Positions 8,045-17,594 of a stretch of DNA of 62,424 bases are shown piece after piece (positions within the stretch are counted from its first letter, which is position 1; each line of letters begins with the position of its first letter). Position numbers and translations under genes: made by a program. The notes beneath the pieces were generated by a model. The model searched no databases, was not told the origin of the DNA, and saw only the letters and a program-made list of their open reading frames with translations. This DNA comes from an uncultured Candidatus Poseidoniales archaeon (GTDB lineage: Archaea; Thermoplasmatota; Poseidoniia; Poseidoniales; Thalassarchaeaceae). The DNA is taken from positions 1 to 62,424 of the forward strand of contig CAYMRU010000001.1 in assembly GCA_964392975.1 (NCBI GenBank). The letters run 5' to 3'.

Positions 8045-9071
8045 TACTATCCTCCTGAATCGCCCATTCGATTATGTTTGAGTGGGGATCGAATTCATTC
8101 AATTCATCAAGCATTAGCCCATTTATCGCATAATTCACCAGAGTTTCTCTATCGGCATCGCCACTGTTGTAATATCGTCCGGCATCGAGCATAGCTTCCA
8201 AAGGCACCAAACCCACTAATTCTCCAGCCACTGCTTGCAATTCAATTTGGGCAGCCTCTTTACGTATTGCTTCAGTCACATGGTGCAAACCGGTCACTGA
8301 ATAATCGAGTAGATTCATAGAAACTTGCGCAGTGTCATCATCATACATCCAACCAGCAGCTTGTAGATGTTTGAACAGGCCAGGTATTCTAACGGCCTTA
8401 CCGTCTTCATCGCGAACTGTATTCCCATCATCATCTTTGACTATTGATCCACTGGTTCTGATTCTGGATGCGATATAGTTGGCCTTAGACTTGTCATCCG
8501 TATCCAGATTGACGTTGTATGCAATCAGAAGATTTCTCGCACCAGTCGCAGTAACACCCATCGTGGGCATGAACTGACTGGGGCCGTAATCAGGAACCCA
8601 TTCATCTGAGGTGAGTTTGTCTTTCAGGCCCTCGTATTCCCCCTTGCGGATATCTGGCAATCTTACACGTTGCTCAGTGGCTGCAGAATTTGCATATAGG
8701 TATACAGGAAGAGAATGGGTCTGTGAGACGGCATTAGCGAATCTGTGAGATAACTCGACACATTCGGACATGGTCACTCCGGCTATTGGGATAAAGGGGA
8801 CAACGTCGACTGCACCCATCCTTGCATGCTCACCACTATGATCCCTCATGTCGATGAGACTTAGTGCGATAGATGTACATTCGATTGCAGCTTGAAGAAC
8901 AGACTCTGGCTCGCCCACCATAGTTACCACAGTGCGATTGAAGTCGGCTCCCATATCAATGTCCAGCAATGTGACCCCATCCATCTCAATGATGGGTCTA
9001 ACGATGGAATCAATGAGATCTTTTTTTCTGCCTTCACTGAAGTTGGGAACGCACTCGACCAAGCGAGTCAT
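8037..9071 (-). CDS. glutamate formimidoyltransferase (stand-alone FTCD N-terminal domain)
   Basis: The N-terminal VECVPNFSEGR motif is diagnostic of the formiminotransferase family. 344 aa. Overlaps the cyclodeaminase start by 8 nt. Confidence 0.88.
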   Translation of the reverse strand: MTRLVECVPNFSEGRKKDLIDSIVRPIIEMDGVTLLDIDMGADFNRTVVTMVGEPESVLQAAIECTSIALSLIDMRDHSGEHARMGAVDVVPFIPIAGVTMSECVELSHRFANAVSQTHSLPVYLYANSAATEQRVRLPDIRKGEYEGLKDKLTSDEWVPDYGPSQFMPTMGVTATGARNLLIAYNVNLDTDDKSKANYIASRIRTSGSIVKDDDGNTVRDEDGKAVRIPGLFKHLQAAGWMYDDDTAQVSMNLLDYSVTGLHHVTEAIRKEAAQIELQAVAGELVGLVPLEAMLDAGRYYNSGDADRETLVNYAINGLMLDELNEFDPHSNIIEWAIQEDSNE

Positions 9072-9109
9072 GTGTGATGCTCGGAGATGTAACTGATGAG
9101 GATTGCTGA

Positions 9110-10321
9110 TTAGCCGTATAGTTCATCAGGGGAATCAGTTGTAGAATCTCTCTTGATTCTAATCTTAGTCATGGCTCTAGAAAAATCATCTTCCTGACAT
9201 GAGTCCCTACCTTCTGAGATAGCAATTATTGCAGCTTCTGTTACCACAGACTTGATTTCAGCTCCACTAAATCCTTCAGATAATATTGCGAGTTTTCGGA
9301 CATCAATCGATGATTTACTAGGTAATCTGCTGCTATATACATCGTAGATCTTCTCTCGAGCCTGTAAATTTGGTAAATCGATATTGATGATTCTGTCGAA
9401 TCTCCCCGGTCTGAGTAATGCTGGATCCAATAATTCCGGCCTATTGGTTGCTGCGATAATCTTGACATTATCCAGTGCATCGAATCCATCGAGCTCAGCA
9501 AGTAACTGCATCAAGGTTCTCTGGACCTCGCGGTCTCCAGATGTTGCCACGTCAAGGCGTTTGGATCCAATAGAGTCGATTTCGTCGATGAAAATGATAG
9601 AGGGAGCCCTTTCTCTTGCTAGATCGAATAATTCGCGTACTATACGACCACCTTCTCCAATATACTTCTGTGCTAACTCTGATCCAACTAGGCCTAGAAA
9701 AGCTACATCAGTAGAGTTGGCAACAGCCTTAGCCATGGCAGTCTTTCCAGTTCCTGGTGGACCTGTTATCAGGACTCCCTTTGGTGGGGTAATGCCGAAT
9801 TCTCTGAATGAATCGGAATGAGTCAGAGGGAGTTCTATTGATTCACGCAATTCTTTGATCTGCTCATCAATACCACCCAAGTGTTCGAAAGTTATGTCAG
9901 GCCTTTCGATGATTTCTGCTCCAGTGACAATGGGGTCCCAGGTATCGCCCAGTACATCGATGATAGATAATGAATCCTGATTCAAAGCGACTCTAGCACC
10001 AGGCTTAATCTTGGCATCTTCTATTCTACTGTTCATGGTCACAAGGAATACGGTGCCATTGGAACTACGAACAACTACGTTGTCACCAATCCTGTCTTGC
10101 ACATGACCAACAACGAAAGGTGGCTTTCTGAGTGAACGTACTTCCTCGTCAAGAACATTAAGGCGCTTTTTTAGACGAGCACACTCGTTTTCCAGATAGA
10201 GTTTCTCGGTGAGTAGTTGTTGCGCGTTACTTGACAGTTCTTTGTACTCCTTACGGAGCATATTCAATGGATTTGAATCTGAGGAGTCACTGCTGCGTGT
10301 AGCATCCTCTGCTTCAGCCAT
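9110..10321 (-). CDS. pan: proteasome-activating nucleotidase (AAA+ ATPase)
   Basis: N-terminal coiled coil, OB region, Walker A GPPGTGKT, Walker B IIFIDEID, second region of homology. Length of 403 aa is typical of PAN. Confidence 0.93.
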   Translation of the reverse strand: MAEAEDATRSSDSSDSNPLNMLRKEYKELSSNAQQLLTEKLYLENECARLKKRLNVLDEEVRSLRKPPFVVGHVQDRIGDNVVVRSSNGTVFLVTMNSRIEDAKIKPGARVALNQDSLSIIDVLGDTWDPIVTGAEIIERPDITFEHLGGIDEQIKELRESIELPLTHSDSFREFGITPPKGVLITGPPGTGKTAMAKAVANSTDVAFLGLVGSELAQKYIGEGGRIVRELFDLARERAPSIIFIDEIDSIGSKRLDVATSGDREVQRTLMQLLAELDGFDALDNVKIIAATNRPELLDPALLRPGRFDRIINIDLPNLQAREKIYDVYSSRLPSKSSIDVRKLAILSEGFSGAEIKSVVTEAAIIAISEGRDSCQEDDFSRAMTKIRIKRDSTTDSPDELYG

Positions 10322-10395
10322 GATTGTGATTCTAGCATCTGCTTTTTGACGCTTCCTTAGCGAAGTGTAATCCGATAACAGCCCTTGAGCGTACT

Positions 10396-10875
10396 ATGGC
10401 GGGGTGTGAGTTGTGTGGTGCTGAGGGTGTTTCAACGATAAGAGGAATCGTTTCTAACGTCACACTCGATGTATGTGCCAAATGCGCCGAATCTATGAGT
10501 ATTGAATCACATAGTTCTCCCTTTGAGAGGCCAATAATTAAGCCGCGTAAGGATATCGTTGCAAGACCACAAGAGGTTGAACTAGAACTATCTGGTGATT
10601 TCCATATCAGACTAAGAAATGCTCGAGATACGAAGGGCTGGTCACAAAAGGAACTGGCTAGGAGAATGAATGTACGAGTAAATTCAATTCAGAAGGCCGA
10701 ATCAGGCACCAGGCCCACAGATAACATGATAACTAAGCTAGAGAAGGTTCTAGATGTTCAATTGAAGGAAGACCCTCATGCAGGGCGTGAGTCGATTATC
10801 TCACGAACATCATCCAGAGGAATGACTATTGCCGATGCTCTCGATGAGTTCCTTCAAGGTGACTCAGATGGATGA
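10396..10875 (+). CDS. mbf1: archaeal multiprotein-bridging factor 1 (Zn-ribbon plus XRE-type HTH)
   Basis: N-terminal CELCG...CAKC zinc ribbon, followed by an HTH (IRLRNARDTKGWSQKELARRMNV...IQKAESG). Confidence 0.85.
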   Translation: MAGCELCGAEGVSTIRGIVSNVTLDVCAKCAESMSIESHSSPFERPIIKPRKDIVARPQEVELELSGDFHIRLRNARDTKGWSQKELARRMNVRVNSIQKAESGTRPTDNMITKLEKVLDVQLKEDPHAGRESIISRTSSRGMTIADALDEFLQGDSDG

Positions 10876-11413
10876 AGTACCGATACATGTACTTCATCTG
10901 AATCAGGATGATCCACGCAAATGCACAGCTAGGATGATATCCAATGCAGGTTTGGCCATATTGCACGCTAGTACCATTTCTATTCCTAGTAGAGGACTGC
11001 TTCTAGACCCTACATGCGGAATCATTCAGGGGCCTGAAGACAAGAGGATAATGGAAATGGGAGGTTCGTTGGTTGCACTCGATTGCTCATGGAAGCAATT
11101 AGGTCCGTCTATAGATGACATAACCTTGTCGACCAATTTACAACACAGGACTCTCCCTGTGCTTTTGGCTGCCAATCCCGTCTCTTGGGGGCAGCCTGGC
11201 AGGTTGTCAACAGCAGAAGCTATTTCGGCATCTCTGATATTATTGGGAAGGGATATTCATGCAGCCAAAATACTGTCTAGATTGCCTTTTGGTGATGAGT
11301 TTCTCAAACTGAATAATCAACCACTTAGCGCATACAGTAAAGCCAAATCAACAGATGAACTTGTCAATATGCAATGGGAATTCTTCGATGAACCCCAATC
11401 ATCTGACCAATGA
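10868..11413 (+). CDS. tsr3: 16S rRNA aminocarboxypropyltransferase Tsr3
   Basis: HLNQDDPRKCTA motif of the Tsr3/DUF367 family. Trimmed to ATG 10868, which overlaps the mbf1 stop by 8 nt. Confidence 0.8.
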   Translation: MDEVPIHVLHLNQDDPRKCTARMISNAGLAILHASTISIPSRGLLLDPTCGIIQGPEDKRIMEMGGSLVALDCSWKQLGPSIDDITLSTNLQHRTLPVLLAANPVSWGQPGRLSTAEAISASLILLGRDIHAAKILSRLPFGDEFLKLNNQPLSAYSKAKSTDELVNMQWEFFDEPQSSDQ

Positions 11414-13633
11414 TCCTGGAGGCATACCGGACTCAGGAGTTAGGACGCGGACGTTACCATCATCATCATCTGCAGCTAGCAACATTCCCTCGGATAACAC
11501 GCCTCTCAACTTACGAGGTTTCAAGTTGGCAACAAATACTACGTCAAGACCTTCCAAATCTGATGCCTCATAGTGACCTTTTAGGCCAGCACAAACAGTC
11601 CTAGTTGAATTTGGACCATCTTTGATTGTAACTACATACAATTTATCGGCGTCGGGATGGTCCTCGACAGAAAGAATTCTACCAGTCCTCATCTCCACCT
11701 TAACGAAATCTTCGAACTCGATTAGACCAACTCCTGATTTAGTCTGGTCGGGTTCAGATTCATTGTCCTTGCTATCAATATCATCAACGAGTGATTTTTC
11801 ATGATTGAGAATAGATTCAAGGTCGAGACGTTGGAACAATGGTGATGGTTCTTCTGAATTCCATGAAAATTCCTCTGAACTAAATGCGTCGATCCATGAC
11901 ACACCATCGAGATCTTCACTGTATCCAAGCATACTCCATAGCCTATCAGATTGGAATGGGATGAATGGTCTGAGGGTGACAGCAAGACCTCTGCACAATA
12001 GCCAGCAATAGGCAAGAGAGGACAATGAATCTCTAGATTCAGGCGATTCTGGATTTTTGATATGACTCCAGGGTGCGGCTTCCTGTAGAATTGAATTACC
12101 CAGTTGAGCTATTGACATTATACTACGAAGTGCTTCTTTGAAACGCTGCTTTTCTAAAGAATCTGTAGCAGATTGAAGGTGATTTGAGACTAATTTATCA
12201 TGTTTTGAGTGTAGAGAAGAATCATAAAATGTTTCCAATGGATTAGTGGATTCGCTGGGTATCCTATGTGCCAAAGTAAGTACCCGGTGGACGAAATTTG
12301 CGTACGTTCCGATTAATTCGTTATTGACACGGTCAACGTACTCATCCCATCTGAAATCTGAATCATGACCCTCTGGCATGTTTATTGTCAGATAATACCT
12401 CAGTGTGTCAGGATCGTATCGCTCAAGAAATGAAGGTAGCCAGACACCGTGACGCCTACTCTTACTGAACTGACCGCCTTGCAGCATCAGATATTCGTTA
12501 GCCGCAACATTTGATTCAAGCACAAGATCCCCTGGAGCAAGTTGAGATGAGGGTGGATTTCCTGAGGCCGCTGAATTCATTCCCATAATAATGGATGGCC
12601 AGATAATGGTATGGAAGGGAATGTTATCCTTGCCCATGAAATAGATATGCTTCGGTGGATTTCCGTGATTATCGACTTTCCACCAATCCTCCCAAGCCAG
12701 CGAACCCTTGCTATGGCCTGCTTGTTCAGCGTATCTTTGGGCCCATATTCGAGCGCATGTGTAGTATCCTTGGACGGCTTCGAACCAGACATATACACGC
12801 TTACTAGTCCAATCTTCACCCTCTAATGGAAGAGAGATTCCCCAGTCGATATCCCTAGTAACAGCACGAGGGCGCAAGCCCATATCGAGCCAATTCTTGG
12901 TCATGGCCCGAACATTAGGTTTCCATATCTTGGTTCTTTGATTATAACGTTCAAGCAGTACTTCTTGGAACAAATCGAGTCGGAAGAACATATGGTCGGT
13001 ATCGCGGATTTCGACACTAGCATCAGGATTCAACTTGGAAACGGGATTTCGTAATTGATGTGCTTCATAGGTAGAGCCGCAGTCATCGCATTGATCCCCC
13101 CTTGCTCCGTCAGCGCTACATACAGGGCATGTCCCTTCGACATATCTGTCTGGCAGGAATCTAACTTGGCCTTCTGAAACGGAACAATACTGCTGCATGG
13201 TTGTTTGTTCTAGAAATCCGGCACGATGAAGATCTTTGAAAACAGAACGAACAATGTCTTTATGCATCTGATCAGAAGTTCTGTTGTATAGTGCTCCTCC
13301 GTATTCAATTCCCCTCGGATCGATAGTATTCTCCCAAGAACACCCGAGATCTGCTAGTGATTTACTGATAATCTCATGGAATTTGTCTACTACTTGTTGA
13401 GGGTTTACTCCATCTTGTTCGGCAGTCAGAGTAATTGGAGTACCGTGTTCATCTGAGCCGCTACACATCAGAACTCTACGCCCACGAGCACGCTCATACT
13501 TGTACTGAATATCTGCTGGCAAACAATTGCCCGCAACGTGTCCAAGATGGAGTGGGCCGTTAGCATATGGCCATGCCATGAATATGGCAACGCGCTCAGA
13601 ATTGGCTTCCATCTGTCGGATTGGGGAAGCCAC
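11399..13633 (-). CDS. metG: methionyl-tRNA synthetase with a C-terminal tRNA-binding (Trbp111/EMAP-like) domain
   Basis: HIGH motif (ANGPLHLGHVAG), KMSKS motif (KFSKSRRHG), CxxC knuckles, and a C-terminal OB domain (VEDHPDADKLYVVTIKDG). Confidence 0.95.
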   Translation of the reverse strand: MASPIRQMEANSERVAIFMAWPYANGPLHLGHVAGNCLPADIQYKYERARGRRVLMCSGSDEHGTPITLTAEQDGVNPQQVVDKFHEIISKSLADLGCSWENTIDPRGIEYGGALYNRTSDQMHKDIVRSVFKDLHRAGFLEQTTMQQYCSVSEGQVRFLPDRYVEGTCPVCSADGARGDQCDDCGSTYEAHQLRNPVSKLNPDASVEIRDTDHMFFRLDLFQEVLLERYNQRTKIWKPNVRAMTKNWLDMGLRPRAVTRDIDWGISLPLEGEDWTSKRVYVWFEAVQGYYTCARIWAQRYAEQAGHSKGSLAWEDWWKVDNHGNPPKHIYFMGKDNIPFHTIIWPSIIMGMNSAASGNPPSSQLAPGDLVLESNVAANEYLMLQGGQFSKSRRHGVWLPSFLERYDPDTLRYYLTINMPEGHDSDFRWDEYVDRVNNELIGTYANFVHRVLTLAHRIPSESTNPLETFYDSSLHSKHDKLVSNHLQSATDSLEKQRFKEALRSIMSIAQLGNSILQEAAPWSHIKNPESPESRDSLSSLAYCWLLCRGLAVTLRPFIPFQSDRLWSMLGYSEDLDGVSWIDAFSSEEFSWNSEEPSPLFQRLDLESILNHEKSLVDDIDSKDNESEPDQTKSGVGLIEFEDFVKVEMRTGRILSVEDHPDADKLYVVTIKDGPNSTRTVCAGLKGHYEASDLEGLDVVFVANLKPRKLRGVLSEGMLLAADDDDGNVRVLTPESGMPPGSLVR

Positions 13634-13719
13634 ATGTTTATGTCATAATCGCCCACCGCAGGGGTGGGGATGTACAAATTCCGTTGTTCCATATACTGGA
13701 AATCTGAGAGGCACCGAAT

Positions 13720-14775
13720 TTGAGTGACTATACATTGATTGTTACCTACGCGTTAATCGCGCTGGGAGCGTCGTTCCTATGCAGTATACTTGAAGCCGTG
13801 CTCCTATCGACATCTCATGGGCATATCAAATCATTATCCGATACTCATGAGAAAATCAGCGCAGTATGGTCAAATTGGAAAGATGATCCTGAAAGACCAC
13901 TCACTGCAATATTGACTCTCAACACAATCGCACATACCGTTGGAGCTTTGGGTGTTGGTTCAGAAGTTGAAAAGGCGTTTGAAGGAGAGTATGTCGTAGC
14001 CGCTTCAGCAGCAATACTGACTATTGCGATACTGTTACTCAGCGAAATTCTACCCAAGACTATAGGTGCCCTATACTGGAGACGCTTGACAGTTCCTTCA
14101 TATTACATTCTACATTATTTGATGATACTCTTATGGGTAATCGTCAAACCAATCGAGATTACTCGTTCTCTACTTCCAGCAGTTGAAACTGAGACAGTTA
14201 CTCGTACCGAGCTGTCGGTATTAGCTGATATTGCAGAAGAATCAGACCAAATCGAAGAGGATGAGGAAGCAGTAATCCAGAATGTTCTGAGATTGAAAGA
14301 GATTTCAGTTAACGAAGTCATGACTCCTAGAGTAGTAATAACCACTGTCCAGGCAGTTGAAACTGTCAGCGATGTGCTAGAGCGAATACCAATCATGATT
14401 TATGGTAGAATGCCAGTTACTGGTGAGAGTATTGACGACATCAGGGGCATGGTATTGAGGAGTGAGATACTACGCAGGGCCGCTGTGGATGATTATTCTA
14501 GTAATATGTCCGAAATATCCAGAGATATCGTCTCATGCAAGGAGGACGATTCTGTGGACAAGGCACTCGATGTTCTATTGGAGAACAAGATTCAGATGCT
14601 CATGGTCAAAGATGACTTCGGTGGTACTGTAGGACTAATCACCATGGAGGACATTATCGAGACGCTATTGGGCGTTGAGATAGTTGACGAATCGGATCAA
14701 GAGGGTATAGACGACGGAGTTCATCACGAAGATATGAGAGAACTTGCTAAACAGAGATATGAGGAATTAGAATAG
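13720..14775 (+). CDS. CNNM/DUF21 transmembrane domain plus CBS-pair protein (putative Mg2+/Co2+ efflux, hemolysin-C-like)
   Basis: TTG start. Four predicted TM helices with the LPKT motif, then a CBS pair (VMTPR...). No CorC C-terminal domain. Confidence 0.85.
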   Translation: MSDYTLIVTYALIALGASFLCSILEAVLLSTSHGHIKSLSDTHEKISAVWSNWKDDPERPLTAILTLNTIAHTVGALGVGSEVEKAFEGEYVVAASAAILTIAILLLSEILPKTIGALYWRRLTVPSYYILHYLMILLWVIVKPIEITRSLLPAVETETVTRTELSVLADIAEESDQIEEDEEAVIQNVLRLKEISVNEVMTPRVVITTVQAVETVSDVLERIPIMIYGRMPVTGESIDDIRGMVLRSEILRRAAVDDYSSNMSEISRDIVSCKEDDSVDKALDVLLENKIQMLMVKDDFGGTVGLITMEDIIETLLGVEIVDESDQEGIDDGVHHEDMRELAKQRYEELE

Positions 14776-14779
14776 TCGA

Positions 14780-15562
14780 TTACTTATCTTTTTCATCCAA
14801 CATTCCACGCTGTTCAGCGTAGTCCCCAATAGACTGTAGCCTCTGAATAAATCCAGAGCTGGATTTGGTCTTTTCAGCAGTTACTAGCCAAACACCACCA
14901 AATAGCCTGTCCCAAAAGCCCAATTTTTCTTGTCCTCGACGCAAGAATCGGTCGATAATAGGTATTAGTAACAATGACAATGATATGCCAACGAAAACCT
15001 TGTTCCCAGTAGTCCATTCAGTACCTTCTGAGATCAATAGCAACATACCAAATAGGCCAGCTAAAATTATTGGAATATTGACGCTCTTAGCGAGATGGTA
15101 GAGAAACATTGGGTTATCCCCCCTCGTGTTAATGAATTGCGTCCCCGTGATTATGTTCCCAGAAGATTTTGAGAATTTAGATGGTAAGTAGAACATGTTA
15201 CCCAAGGCCAAAGCAAATGCAACTACAATTGGTACTGTGGGGTCTGCATCAGCCTGACTCATAATGACCGCAGTGAGAATCAAAATTCCCCAATTAGCAA
15301 TGGTGTCTACTAGGTATCTGCCAGATGATCTGACTTGACCTGCCGCTTCAAAACCATCAGGAATGACTCTTGGTGCCCGTTCCTTTTTCGGTTTCTTCGT
15401 CTTCTTAGTTTTTCCACGCCTACGGGACTTCTTCTCCTTCTTTGGCTCAGGTTCTGGTTCGGTGTTTGCTATAGGCTCGGGATCAGGCAAAGTTTCAATT
15501 TTTGCCGGAGCGGGGTCGGGTGTATCGGTCTGAATCTTCTCTGCTTTCTCAAGTAATCCCAT
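14780..15562 (-). CDS. RDD-like membrane protein with a Pro/Glu-rich then poly-Lys/Arg N-terminal tail
   Basis: 260 aa with tail KKEKKSRRRGKTKKTKKPKKERAPR. The membrane core has R...D...D spacing (GRYLVDTIANW ... IIDRFL ... FWDRLFGGVWLV) reminiscent of the RDD family. The start lies 3 nt after the upstream gene's stop. Confidence 0.5.
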   Translation of the reverse strand: MGLLEKAEKIQTDTPDPAPAKIETLPDPEPIANTEPEPEPKKEKKSRRRGKTKKTKKPKKERAPRVIPDGFEAAGQVRSSGRYLVDTIANWGILILTAVIMSQADADPTVPIVVAFALALGNMFYLPSKFSKSSGNIITGTQFINTRGDNPMFLYHLAKSVNIPIILAGLFGMLLLISEGTEWTTGNKVFVGISLSLLLIPIIDRFLRRGQEKLGFWDRLFGGVWLVTAEKTKSSSGFIQRLQSIGDYAEQRGMLDEKDK

Positions 15563-15565
15563 ACA

Positions 15566-16282
15566 TCAACCTCCGTAAATTTCACCCATCTTTGTGAATA
15601 ACTCAAATCCGGGCGACTCAACGAACTCGTTTATCTTATCCTCAGGTAAATCACCTAGTTCGCCGTTAATCATGGAGAAGAACTCTATGCGGGTCTCATC
15701 GTCCACAGATGCTGGATCGATTCCGACTTTCTCAAACAACTTGAATGAGTCCGAAGCTAGGAAACGTTGGATGAAATCTTCTGGCATGTCCCCTAGTAGA
15801 TTGTTGACTACGTCGAAGAATACCGCAAACTCGTCTTCAGAATCGTCTTCGATATGTTCCATATCTTCGTCGATTTCAGGGGATTCAGGTGCACTAATTA
15901 GCTCAACAGTGGGCTTGACGGCTCTGATTTCCTGTTGCTGTTTCTTCCTTAGAACGATAATTTCTCTATCCAACTCTGATCCGAATCTGTCGGAGAATCG
16001 ATCCAATAGAGTTCCAACTTCGCCTGTGGCAATCCTGTCGATATGACCATACATGCTATCTTTGGAATCAGGGGATAAATCTGGGTCACTGGCCTTTCTG
16101 CTTTCCCACTGTGATTTGAAATCGGTCGTAGATGCATCTTCATCCATATCGCCATCAATTTCATCATCAATGTTTTCCTCGATTGAAACATCTAATGGAG
16201 GGGGAGGAGGGGGAGGAGGTAGAGAAATACCCGGTGGTAACGGCGGGGGTGGCAAATCATCCATTTCATCAGCATCGCTCAT
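15566..16282 (-). CDS. hyper-acidic protein with an N-terminal poly-proline tract and two C-terminal repeats of about 38 aa; unknown function
   Basis: 238 aa. Has LPPPPLPPGISLPPPPPPPPL at aa 10-30. Internal repeats are DEFAVFFDVVNNLLGDMPEDFIQRFLASDSFKLFEKVG and DETRIEFFSMINGELGDLPEDKINEFVESPGFELFTKMG. I do not recognise a family. Confidence 0.6.
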   Translation of the reverse strand: MSDADEMDDLPPPPLPPGISLPPPPPPPPLDVSIEENIDDEIDGDMDEDASTTDFKSQWESRKASDPDLSPDSKDSMYGHIDRIATGEVGTLLDRFSDRFGSELDREIIVLRKKQQQEIRAVKPTVELISAPESPEIDEDMEHIEDDSEDEFAVFFDVVNNLLGDMPEDFIQRFLASDSFKLFEKVGIDPASVDDETRIEFFSMINGELGDLPEDKINEFVESPGFELFTKMGEIYGG

Positions 16283-16351
16283 AGGCCAACGTGCATGTTA
16301 GCACACCGACATTATTCAAAGTTCTCTGAAAGAGAGTCGTGATTTTCACGG

Positions 16352-17560
16352 TTAGGTAGGCAATATTCTAGCCCAGCCTTTCAGTATTAGGAATGTTGCT
16401 AGGCTCTCGGTAACCGTGAAAACTTCACCACTAGAACCTTCAAGTTCAGAATCTTGAATCCTGGCACGTATGTCATCTTGTAATAATTCGACTTCAAAGC
16501 TGCGTGTTGACCCTAGAGCAACGGATTCATTCAGTGGATCGAAAGAATCACTGCTATCGGGGTCCAGTCTATGTAGAGGGAATTGAGTGACTCTGAGTCC
16601 ACATTTACCGTGTAGGCTACCTATCCACCTGATAACACGCTTTACATCTACTGTAACATTCTCATCAGTCTCTCCTGCCGATCCTAGAATGACAGAAGAG
16701 TCACCTCTAACTAGCTCCCAGAATGCAGTTGTGTTTTCTCCAAAGACCATGAGAGAAGGATCTTGCTTCAGTCGAGTAATTCTTGATTCATCCAATGTGG
16801 ATTCTGCTAGTGTTCGCAATTTACTCTTACTGAATGATTTGATAGAGACATCTGGACTACGAATCCTCTGTTTCATCACTGCATCAAGTTCATTGAGAGT
16901 CTGCTTCGAACTTTCGTCGTCACGGGCTATTCTCTGCAGTTTCTCAATTACTCCATCAGTACCTGTGAGTACCCTGTCCCTCCATCCCCCTGAATCGTTA
17001 CCAATTACTGCGCTGATATTCACTCCCTCTCCACGAATATAATTGACAAGCTGCCTGCGAGCATTGGAGTCGAGATGGAGGTAAGCTGGATCTCTCAAAT
17101 GAATGTGAAAGCCACGATGGCCAGAGAATGCTACTTGCAGGTGTTTCTCATCGAATCCGAACTCTGGTGATAGGAAATCTGACCATAGACTCCACGCTTG
17201 TTCCTGTATCAATTCCAACATACTAGGGAAATCACCGTCCGAAACCCCTGGAAGATGGTCTCCATCTAGATCGAATATCAAATCCGCTCCCTTCCAACCT
17301 TTATCCACCATCTTACGCTGTGAAGGATCTACATAGTATGCAGTGCTATGGAAACAGGAATGTGGAGTCTTAGTTCGCAAGTAACTGTGTAGTGCGTTTC
17401 TGTCAGAAAAACCACGGTGCCGATCAGGTGGCTTATCACCCCAAGGAATGAACATCCATTCTCTAGATCTAAACCGTGGAGGAGTCCATAGTGCATCAGG
17501 CGAAAGTGAGTTGTAGTACTCAGAGAACTTGACAGCGAAACGGCTCCAGCCCTCTGCCAT
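16352..17560 (-). CDS. priS: DNA primase small (catalytic) subunit PriS
   Basis: AEP catalytic motifs DLIFDLDGDH and SGHRGFHIH. The track start at 17584 is TTG; ATG at 17560 (MAEGWSRF) is preferred. Confidence 0.9.
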   Translation of the reverse strand: MAEGWSRFAVKFSEYYNSLSPDALWTPPRFRSREWMFIPWGDKPPDRHRGFSDRNALHSYLRTKTPHSCFHSTAYYVDPSQRKMVDKGWKGADLIFDLDGDHLPGVSDGDFPSMLELIQEQAWSLWSDFLSPEFGFDEKHLQVAFSGHRGFHIHLRDPAYLHLDSNARRQLVNYIRGEGVNISAVIGNDSGGWRDRVLTGTDGVIEKLQRIARDDESSKQTLNELDAVMKQRIRSPDVSIKSFSKSKLRTLAESTLDESRITRLKQDPSLMVFGENTTAFWELVRGDSSVILGSAGETDENVTVDVKRVIRWIGSLHGKCGLRVTQFPLHRLDPDSSDSFDPLNESVALGSTRSFEVELLQDDIRARIQDSELEGSSGEVFTVTESLATFLILKGWARILPT

Positions 17561-17594
17561 GCATTGATTAGGAAGTTGCGGCAAATGAACTTGG

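Noticed and set aside
9384-9821. 145-aa plus-strand ORF. Similar long shadow ORFs occur at 15594-16046, 16587-17042, 36385-36867 and 52059-52514.
   Set aside because: All of them lie inside, and antisense to, strongly supported genes (pan, the acidic protein, priS, ubiD, lhr). They are shadow ORFs.
13652-13668. GC-rich hairpin cccacc-gcagg-ggtggg in the metG/CNNM divergent spacer. A similar ctcacc-gta-ggtgag hairpin occurs at 35671-35685.
   Set aside because: Both are 6-bp stems in short promoter spacers, with no further copies or accompanying motif. This is too little to call a regulatory element.
16196-16258. G/A-rich tract (ggagggggaggagggggaggagg...), considered as a G-quadruplex or regulatory element
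   Set aside because: It is fully explained as the antisense of CCN proline codons of the poly-Pro segment of the acidic protein.
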